This document shows, in pieces, positions 11,201 through 17,600 of a stretch of DNA of 20,000 bases (positions are counted from its first letter, which is position 1; each line of letters starts with the position of its first letter). The DNA comes from an uncultured virus (IMG/VR IMGVR_UViG_3300000228_000008) (Duplodnaviria; Heunggongvirae; Uroviricota; Caudoviricetes). The stretch lies in IMG/VR virus record IMGVR_UViG_3300000228_000008. One strand, given 5' to 3'. A program made the position numbers and the translations under genes. The notes under the pieces are model-generated. The model saw only the letters and a program-made list of their open reading frames with translations. It was not told the origin of the DNA and did no database searches.

Positions 11201-11377
11201 AATTCTATAGATACACCATATGTTTTAAAAGCTATCATGGCACCGGCTGTGTGTATATCTAATATTTTACCACACCAAAGTAAACCTTTATTTATACGAT
11301 CTAATATTCCTCAAGGGTCTGAAGCATACCAAACGGTAACAAGGATAAAAGTTTGGTGGGATGTTGAGACAGTCTAA
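8231..11377 (+). CDS. Large (1048 aa) putative virion protein: N-terminal discoidin-like domain plus two beta-propeller-like regions
   Basis: N-terminal LTDG...LDIDLG...PRYVRC...INELQV. Propeller-like blades such as AFDHTTGRLYV, EMYDVVSDTW, DNYDGFWAY, DNGCWVID and DLVGGFYA. Confidence 0.75.
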   Translation: MTKYNMINSSYFTSNTTSGTGNRNLTATELYSLTDGVLDTIGVTVTGSDILCLDIDLGYRLKIDSILLYASDLTKLPNINFYFKNYETDSYIICSKSSSINSYVGTTPSPSAPRYVRCTVSGTDIGINELQVLNDDNIIAFGVDGNTTSTMLESAPEGIYGDIQTIEIYNNTDSDIPANAYVCVDYTGKIDDTYIDISANEGGPFYNLADGDFTETWRTSGTHNGTTSVTGVVGALLCIDHVDEICKEYLGKLPNILCTYPKKPFGLYSSTAFDHTTGRLYVAFWQGTSSTGSAIDLWYYTAATNIWVFKGTLVSPFWHTSYISMCCDNNGVYFLTTISPYTTIYILKHDPSGALGNLVTLSTFTISDYYPQSTCFYIIADFKGNIWIKSNTHVQAWTKYFFKFVISTLVITSMSNIFYSAPSNTVGALCILAYNIDSDRIYSMNTENSSYTNAYNIEMYDVVSDTWVIQYLNYGIITGVNTNYDVFFCCHNEVLYFHSANYGGIIYIYDLTTGIKSTVPTGFYVKTGISNKVIALDPLTLEDTYSLLVIGGYTDDYSVFGYNNPFITDTLRICAYTSPIIALEDPNSASYFSIETSSTPGITNVSKHREIQDGVIEVRSSTTSPLPVEAVFWSSHHLNYINNARIDCNTLVTAYTRTAQYNLNLACSMSFCRQTTNITMVYSVTYYPTKPFFIRYDILGNTLVSLLSTYDFGNITYMSCDNYDGFWAYSPGTTTLHHADHNFVLKASVFVLGFRGLCNENLSGGAWYTSSVSKSLVHIDYNCNTIVARTLLDPYEVCETLDNGCWVIDLLDDLYGKTIKRYSTSGELVTTIKVTKLFKKITADLVGGFYALSFDSLQCLDHYDKEGNLTMSIKDIYNETHISGGPNGVILYSSTLLRVRYVSLQTKNIVWTKFNTDLTYPNGSFAPPILATFRMEDQQKYTNVAKHVPLSYDPLWNLSTGTLPWKDVDKDGYFLIKKKYHQVRLTLSSSNSIDTPYVLKAIMAPAVCISNILPHQSKPLFIRSNIPQGSEAYQTVTRIKVWWDVETV

Positions 11378-11401
11378 GTTAAATATTTAGAGGTACTTGT
11401 A

Positions 11402-13510
11402 ATGTCTAATTATACACCTCCTAATGGCAATAATATATTATTTAATTTTACAGATGATGGTTATGTAGCCCCTAATTTTTTAAGGATTGAATTTAGTTCT
11501 TATAATACTACAGATCTTCTAGCGTATGTAGAAGTAGTTCAACTTTTTAATGAGGAAACTTATACTTATGTAAAAAATTGTAGAAAAATAGTTGTAGGTT
11601 ATACAGATACAGGTATTCAGACTTTATCATTACCTTGTCTATTTGGAGGTATTAGAGATCTTAAATTTACTGCAACAGCCGTACTAGCAATTACTAGTAC
11701 TTTTATAGATTTAGAAACTTATATATATGGTAATTTTGAGTATTTAGATTTTTTGGCTGCTGTAAAAGCCAAGTACATGCTTTTTACTGATATATCAGCA
11801 GGCTCATATGCAGTGTCTCCTGCTGATTTAAATAGTTTTTTAAAAGTTATAGAGATATCCGATATATCTTCTCACATAATAGGTCAGTTATATAAAGGAC
11901 AGACAGATTTACAAACAGTATTTGATAAAATAACTTTTAAAAGTAGAGGTAATATTAATGCTTTAATTAGAGGGTTAGCTAAAAAAGATTTACTAGGTGC
12001 TATAACTAGTTTTCATACGCGTGATTTAAGTGCTGCAATATTATCTGGTAATTTTAAAGTTTATAGAAATTTAAATGCTTTATTATACTGCGTATCTCCA
12101 AGTAATTTACAAGCTTTTTTACATGGTTACGACACAGCTAATTTAAATGTTACATCTACAGTAGGCTATCAATTAAATGATCTTCAGTCTAGTTTATATG
12201 CTATATATCCTAAAGATATACAGGCGTATTTAAATTGTATGAAGGCACAAAATATACATTGTGATTTACACGCAACTGTTTCAAGTGTGTCAATTTTAGA
12301 TTTACTTTCTTATATAGGTACAATTGAAGCATTTTCATTATCTGCTACTATAACTGCTACAGGAAAATATTTAGATTTGTTGGCTCGTATAGTACCAAAA
12401 GTTATAAACATAAAAAGAATACTTTATATTTCACTGTATGAACATTCTGATTTAAAAGCTACAATAAACTATAATTGTCTAAAATCAAAGTACATAGATT
12501 TAAATGTTCATTTGTATCCTATTAAAAAATTAGACTTGAAAGCGTATTTAATAGGTTGGTACGGTAATTATGTAGATAATATGTTAGAATTAAAGGCATA
12601 TATTAATGTATCAGATTATATACATGTGAATTACATGAACTGCTCTGCAGATGTTTATCCAGGAGAGCCGTTATTTGTAACTCATAATATAATAAGTAAT
12701 AAAAATTCTATTATGTATAAAGTTACAGATACGTTTTTGATTATACAGAAAACTAAAGCAATGCTTGAAGCATTTATAATTGGTATCCTACCTTCATATG
12801 ATATTAAAGCCACTCTTACAGTAAAACCATTAGCTAATTTTACGACAGTACCAAGCTGGGTAAATCCAAAAACTTTAGAAGTTGTTATAAATTTAGATAG
12901 ATTTGAAGAACGTTGGAGAAGATTCGTAGAAATGATATTCTTTACTAATGATGACTCAGGTTATTATTTTTTCTACGTTCCTGGGGAAAATAATGTTTAT
13001 AAAGTAGATAGAAACCGCACTTGGAAAATACAGATAACAGGGTTTACGCATGATGCTACTAATATATATTCAAGAATAAAAGTAAAGAAGCTATTTGTTT
13101 TTAATTTATCAAATTATAACACATTTGATGAGGCATTAAGTGATTTAATAGATAGAGTGTCTATTAGTAGAAAATTTGATTTAGGTGCCTACTTAAATAC
13201 TTTTACATTTCCTTCTAAAGATATAGAAGCAGTAATTTATGTCAAAAAGATTCGCCATTGGTCTAAAGCACTAACAGCAATATCTAAAGTTTTTGGCACT
13301 TCTGTAAAAGTTTTGCCGGCAGAGATAACTCCAGAGCTATTTCATGGTGATAATAATCTAACTGGACTAATAGTAGGTAAATCGTATGAACCTCCAGTAT
13401 CTTCAGACATACATTTCAATTTTAGTGATACTTCTTACATACAACCAGGTTCGTATAATAATATGAATTGGACGTATAAACAAGCTGAAGTTTTTTGGAA
13501 GGATGTATAA
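11402..13510 (+). CDS. 702-aa repeat protein (about 30 'D-L-x-A-x-I/L' units), putative fibre/beta-solenoid structural protein
   Basis: GAGG RBS upstream. Recurrent units include DLLAYV, DLETYI, DLNSFL, DLSAAI, NLQAFL, DIQAYL, DLHATV, DLKATI, DLKAYL and DIKATL, often 12-15 aa apart. Confidence 0.8.
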   Translation: MSNYTPPNGNNILFNFTDDGYVAPNFLRIEFSSYNTTDLLAYVEVVQLFNEETYTYVKNCRKIVVGYTDTGIQTLSLPCLFGGIRDLKFTATAVLAITSTFIDLETYIYGNFEYLDFLAAVKAKYMLFTDISAGSYAVSPADLNSFLKVIEISDISSHIIGQLYKGQTDLQTVFDKITFKSRGNINALIRGLAKKDLLGAITSFHTRDLSAAILSGNFKVYRNLNALLYCVSPSNLQAFLHGYDTANLNVTSTVGYQLNDLQSSLYAIYPKDIQAYLNCMKAQNIHCDLHATVSSVSILDLLSYIGTIEAFSLSATITATGKYLDLLARIVPKVINIKRILYISLYEHSDLKATINYNCLKSKYIDLNVHLYPIKKLDLKAYLIGWYGNYVDNMLELKAYINVSDYIHVNYMNCSADVYPGEPLFVTHNIISNKNSIMYKVTDTFLIIQKTKAMLEAFIIGILPSYDIKATLTVKPLANFTTVPSWVNPKTLEVVINLDRFEERWRRFVEMIFFTNDDSGYYFFYVPGENNVYKVDRNRTWKIQITGFTHDATNIYSRIKVKKLFVFNLSNYNTFDEALSDLIDRVSISRKFDLGAYLNTFTFPSKDIEAVIYVKKIRHWSKALTAISKVFGTSVKVLPAEITPELFHGDNNLTGLIVGKSYEPPVSSDIHFNFSDTSYIQPGSYNNMNWTYKQAEVFWKDV

Positions 13511-13512
13511 TT

Positions 13513-15138
13513 ATGAGCTTATTATTTTTTGACGGATTTAAAAACTATACTTTCTTACCACTAAAGTGGGATGAGTGTACGTACAATTGTTGTTTGTATA
13601 TAAAAGGATCTTCTGGCAGGCAGGGTGGTAATGTACTTGCTGCTACTACAAATTATTCTGAAATACTACTTGATTTTCTACAAAAAAATTTACCGGAGGA
13701 TACAGATGAGATAATAATAGGATTTGCTCAAAAACGTCTGATAAATTCTACAGATAATTTAGTAATAAGCTTTTGCTATGATGATATTATACAAAGTAAT
13801 ATACTAGTTAGTAGTACAGGAGTATTCTGGTATACAACAAATATATACAATAGTATAGGAAGAAATCAAGTTACACTACTTAATACATGGCATTACATAG
13901 AAGCGAAAATAAAAATTCACGACACACTAGGAACAGTAATTATAAAGGTTGATGAAGTTACAGTACTAAATTTAACAAATTTAAATACCTCTACAGTTTC
14001 ACCACTAGTTATAAATAACATAAAATTTAATACTATTTCTAAATCTTTAACAGCTTTAGATTTTATGTATATAGAAGATTTGTATATGACAAATACTTTA
14101 GGAGATACTAATAATTCTTTTTTAGGTAATTGTAAAGTATCTCATCTATCTCCTGGAGCAAATGGGTCTTTTAATCAGTTTACCCCTTCACCAACTTATT
14201 CTGGTACTGCTAATTATGCTATAGTTAATGATGGTACTTATATAGGCAGTAGTACTACCTATAATGGTACTTTTTATGAGTATGCTGGATTAGATGATGG
14301 TGGGTATACTTGTCACGATAATGTTAATTTTGTATTTGATAATACTTCTACAGGTATTCCTGTAAGTAATGTGATGCGTGTAGGTAAGGGGACTAATTAT
14401 ATATGGTTTCGTTTTTCTAATGTTAGTGTGCCTAAGAATGCTAAAATATCAACAGCATATTTAGATATAAATAACATTTCCTTACCATCTTATAGTTGTA
14501 CGGTTGAAATTAGAGCACAAAAAAGTTTTTTTGGGGTTTCTCAAATAATTTCAAGTAGTGATTTATTTAGTAGAACGCTTACGTATACAGTACATAAACC
14601 TGGAAATGTAAATTTTAATTCTGTCAACATAGCACCAGTAATACAAGAGTTAGTTGATCAGGTAGGTTGGGTAGAGGACAATAACAGTATTTTGATTATT
14701 ATCAAGTTTATACAGTTGGTTAGTAGTTACGTGTATAATCAGTATTCATCATATGAGGCTAATAACGATCCATATCATATAAATTCTCCAAAATTTTTCA
14801 TTGAGTGGTCTCTACCGTGGGAAAAAGACTTAAAATATATAACTGCCAATACTGTAGATAAAAAAGATAGTTATTTATTAACTATGTCTTCAGGTATTAC
14901 AGGTGTAAAAGCTGTAAGCTCTTCAGTAGTTGCTAAACGAGATTACGATACAGATGTATATTTAAGAGGTGTAATGGTTAGTGGTACCACTTATAATAAT
15001 AACGCAGTGTTTTTACCAAAGACACGTTATAATAACAATATGTTTATTTTCGACAAAGATCCCATTACTAATGATGCTTGGTTAAATACATCTTTAATCA
15101 GTAATGAATTTGGGTTTATTACTACAGTTTCTGGATAA
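13513..15138 (+). CDS. Putative tail protein (541 aa): lectin/LamG-like N-terminal domain with an inserted DNRLRE-like module
   Basis: ATG 13513 (MSLLFFDGF) follows AAGGA. Motifs: WHYIEAKIKI...IKVDEV; YIEDLY; WFRFSNVSVPKNAKISTAYL...IAPVIQELV...PKFFIEW; C-terminal DPITNDAW...EFG. Confidence 0.7.
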   Translation: MSLLFFDGFKNYTFLPLKWDECTYNCCLYIKGSSGRQGGNVLAATTNYSEILLDFLQKNLPEDTDEIIIGFAQKRLINSTDNLVISFCYDDIIQSNILVSSTGVFWYTTNIYNSIGRNQVTLLNTWHYIEAKIKIHDTLGTVIIKVDEVTVLNLTNLNTSTVSPLVINNIKFNTISKSLTALDFMYIEDLYMTNTLGDTNNSFLGNCKVSHLSPGANGSFNQFTPSPTYSGTANYAIVNDGTYIGSSTTYNGTFYEYAGLDDGGYTCHDNVNFVFDNTSTGIPVSNVMRVGKGTNYIWFRFSNVSVPKNAKISTAYLDINNISLPSYSCTVEIRAQKSFFGVSQIISSSDLFSRTLTYTVHKPGNVNFNSVNIAPVIQELVDQVGWVEDNNSILIIIKFIQLVSSYVYNQYSSYEANNDPYHINSPKFFIEWSLPWEKDLKYITANTVDKKDSYLLTMSSGITGVKAVSSSVVAKRDYDTDVYLRGVMVSGTTYNNNAVFLPKTRYNNNMFIFDKDPITNDAWLNTSLISNEFGFITTVSG

Positions 15139-15140
15139 CT

Positions 15141-15434
15141 ATGTCAGAAATAAAAATATCCAGTCATGTAGTAGATGTTTTACATAAATATGTAGATAAT
15201 ATTGGAAGTACATATAATTTTTCTGGTAGTGTTACTGAAGAAGGTATTGGTGAATTATGTGTATTGTATGCGTATAACTCAACAACTAAAAAATTAGTAG
15301 GTAAGACATTGTCAGAAAATATTGGGCATTTTTTATTACCTTCTACGATAAGTGGTAGTTGTTTTATAGTGTGTTTTTCTAATGATGCTAGTTACAACAA
15401 CTTGATAGCTAAACAAGTAATTCCGTATACATAG
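15141..15434 (+). CDS. Small (97 aa) tail-associated protein, prealbumin/carboxypeptidase-regulatory-like beta sandwich
   Basis: Tightly packed between neighbours. Alignable by eye to the C-terminal ~75 aa of the 630-aa protein. Confidence 0.75.
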   Translation: MSEIKISSHVVDVLHKYVDNIGSTYNFSGSVTEEGIGELCVLYAYNSTTKKLVGKTLSENIGHFLLPSTISGSCFIVCFSNDASYNNLIAKQVIPYT

Positions 15435-15442
15435 GAAATAGT

Positions 15443-17335
15443 ATGAGTTTATCTGGGTGGGAAAGTTCAAATAGATTACAATTTTCTATATCTAATGGGT
15501 ATATTCATGATTATACATCTGTAGTACCAATTTTATTTAGGCTGTCTTCAAATACAGGTTCAAGTAATACAGATATAACCTTTGTTTTTACTAATATGGA
15601 AGAGTCTGGAAGTAGCTATATGAATAGAAAGAAGGTAGCTTTTTCACAACTAGTGAATGGTGTAGAAGTAGAATTAAGGGCAGAGTTAGATATGTGGGAT
15701 CATGCCAATAAAAAGGCTATTTTTTGGGTAGAACCTCTGGAACTGTCTTCAGAATATATCAATGTTTTTTACTTTTATTATAACAAGGCAAAAGCAAGTA
15801 ATGTTACTTACATTTTAGAAGCGTCTGATATAACTAACGGTTCATCTTTTATATGGGATACTAAGTTTACTTCTGTACATCATTTTAATCCTTATTTTGG
15901 CTATATCAATTCCACAAATACAAATGGCTCGGTTATTAGTTTAAATAATGTTACGTCGTCTTTATGTAGTTTAGGCGGACATGCATTAACGTTTAGTAGC
16001 TCAACTAGCTACGCTGATTTAGGTAACTATACTAAATATAATTACGGTACAACAGCACATACATTAATTTTTGGAGCTATAAACTCAGGGAATATACTTT
16101 TTTCTAAAGGGCTTTACTCAGATTGTACCACAACACTATATTATCAAGAAACACCAACACTAATTAATGACTCATTTGACGATGATTTTGTAGGACCAGT
16201 TGGGACTATCCCTGATATATGTTTATGGACTGTTAGAGTTGGTAATCCATTACAAAATGCTGGCTCTTTAGAGTTTTCACAGGCGTTAGATGAGAGATTA
16301 CGTTCTAATTTTTATGTTGGTGGTTCAGGTACACTAGTTACTGTAAACTTTAATATAGTAGGTGGAGAACTAACTTCAGGATGGTTATTAGGCCTACGTG
16401 TTAGACTTTTAGGGTTTACTTACGATTATTTAATACAGTTTACACCATCCGGTAGTAATATTGTTATTAGTTTTTTAAGAGTGTCAAGTGATACTTATAC
16501 TGTTTTGGAGTCTGTTGGAATAACAACACTTACAGCAGCTGGTTTTATCGGCACTTTTAAAGCCTCTATTAGTGGCACCTCTTTATGTTTGTCTTGTTAT
16601 TACGATGGTTCTTGGAGAACTTTTACTTGTATTACTGTACCAAGTACATTAGCCTATGGTTATATAGAAATAGATAAAAAACAAAGTACTTCAAGTAATT
16701 TAACTAAATTTTACATATCTAATTATAGGTCTAACTATGAAAATTCTTTTTTTAGACGTTCTTCTAAAAATAGCAATGTTCTTTCTCTTGAAAGTCGTAT
16801 AAATAATCAGAAACGTTTTTTAGAAATACCAGAATTCATTTTAAATTCTGCTTGGTCTTCATACTCTTTTGGTGTAGCTTCTGAAATACTAACAGCAAAA
16901 GCAGTAGTAAGTGAGAGTAATTCAGGACACTTTAGTGGTATTTTTGAAGGCACACAAACTAATACTTTATCAGTTATTTTAGGGGATAGTGTTTCTGGTT
17001 TTATTGGTAAAATTTCAGAAATATTTTTTTTCAAAACCCAGCAAAATGAACACACTATATTTTTAATTACTAAAAGTTTAGAAGACTCTTTAATAAGCAT
17101 TAGTAGATATTTTTTAAGAGGTTATACAACTATAGAAAATAGACCATTTAGTACAACAGTACTTGCTTATGACAAGGATACTGGTGATTTATTATCTACT
17201 GCAGTTTCAAAAGATATAGATGGTTATTATTACATGGAGGTACCTATAAAAAATAATTATTTTATTGTAGGTTTGGGTTCTACAATGTACAATAATAAAA
17301 TTTTAAGTAATGTTACACCACAAATTATTTTTTAG
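15443..17335 (+). CDS. DUF2341-like plus LamG-like domain protein (630 aa), putative tail/receptor-binding protein
   Basis: N-terminal GW..R...I...PIL..L...EL..ELD.WD....A.FWV....L......FYFYY and IWD..F.SVHHF are DUF2341-like. ALTFSSSTSY and FIGKISEI are LamG-like. AGGA RBS upstream. Confidence 0.75.
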   Translation: MSLSGWESSNRLQFSISNGYIHDYTSVVPILFRLSSNTGSSNTDITFVFTNMEESGSSYMNRKKVAFSQLVNGVEVELRAELDMWDHANKKAIFWVEPLELSSEYINVFYFYYNKAKASNVTYILEASDITNGSSFIWDTKFTSVHHFNPYFGYINSTNTNGSVISLNNVTSSLCSLGGHALTFSSSTSYADLGNYTKYNYGTTAHTLIFGAINSGNILFSKGLYSDCTTTLYYQETPTLINDSFDDDFVGPVGTIPDICLWTVRVGNPLQNAGSLEFSQALDERLRSNFYVGGSGTLVTVNFNIVGGELTSGWLLGLRVRLLGFTYDYLIQFTPSGSNIVISFLRVSSDTYTVLESVGITTLTAAGFIGTFKASISGTSLCLSCYYDGSWRTFTCITVPSTLAYGYIEIDKKQSTSSNLTKFYISNYRSNYENSFFRRSSKNSNVLSLESRINNQKRFLEIPEFILNSAWSSYSFGVASEILTAKAVVSESNSGHFSGIFEGTQTNTLSVILGDSVSGFIGKISEIFFFKTQQNEHTIFLITKSLEDSLISISRYFLRGYTTIENRPFSTTVLAYDKDTGDLLSTAVSKDIDGYYYMEVPIKNNYFIVGLGSTMYNNKILSNVTPQIIF

Positions 17336-17364
17336 TTGACATGTCGTCCATATTGAGTTATAAT
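17336..17364 (+). promoter_or_regulatory. Perfect-consensus sigma70 promoter for the dnaN-hyp-recA operon
   Basis: TTGACA (17336-17341), 17 bp, TATAAT (17359-17364), immediately after the upstream stop codon. Confidence 0.9.
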
Positions 17365-17385
17365 TATTATTAATTCAATAAAAGG

Positions 17386-17581
17386 TTAGTTGATAGTAAA
17401 CAAATCATTAACTATTAAAAAACAATGTTATTAGCGCACAAGATAGAATTAAGACCGAATCCTGTTCCAGTCCGACACGATTGAGCGGACTTAACTGCAC
17501 AGAAGAGATTTGTAAGACCACTTGTGGCAGAGTTGTTGACGCTGTGAATAACTATAACGAAAGTTATGATTTTACAATCGG
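17386..17581 (+). mobile_element. Internally deleted IS607/IS200-605-superfamily (TnpB) mini-element
   Basis: Bounded by GG at 17384-85 and 17580-81. Imperfect inverted ends: GATAGTAAACAAATCATTAACT versus the right end's reverse complement GATTGTAAAATCATAACT. Contains a TnpB-like N-terminus and an omegaRNA-like scaffold. Excision restores AAAGGAGttattATG. Confidence 0.7.
17425..17484 (+). pseudogene. tnpB: tnpB 5' fragment (MLLAHKIELRPN-PVPVRHD*)
   Basis: The first 12 codons match the typical TnpB N-terminus (M-x-x-A-H/Y-K-x-x-L-x-P-N, helix-turn-helix OrfB_IS605 region). The similarity then stops. The match is short. Confidence 0.65.
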
Positions 17582-17600
17582 AGTTATTATGGAATTTATT
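17461..17600 (+). ncRNA. Putative TnpB omegaRNA (reRNA) scaffold plus flanking guide
   Basis: Stems: AGTCCG/CGGACT (17469-74/17486-91); CACAG/CTGTG (17498-502/17542-46) enclosing GTAAGACC and a CCA-CTTG-TGG hairpin; ATAAC-GAAA-GTTAT GNRA hairpin (17554-67). The layout parallels the CCTG...GTAAGACC...TGAAGCAGGAA pattern of tnpB 3' ends. Confidence 0.55.

Noticed and set aside
8207..11401. Similar CTAAG(G)TTAAAT words in the short gaps before the 8231 and 11402 genes, as a possible late promoter
   Set aside because: Only two short AT-rich imperfect copies, one overlapping a stop codon. Not distinguishable from chance here.
17386..17581. IStron (group I intron-IS chimera) or riboswitch
   Set aside because: Too short, no group I core or known aptamer motif recognised, and not inside a CDS. 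TnpB-derived features explain it better.
17481..17588. 36-aa N-terminal extension of dnaN from TTG 17481
   Set aside because: It lies inside the mini-element/RNA scaffold and has no RBS. ATG 17589 has GGAG and gives a normal clamp length.
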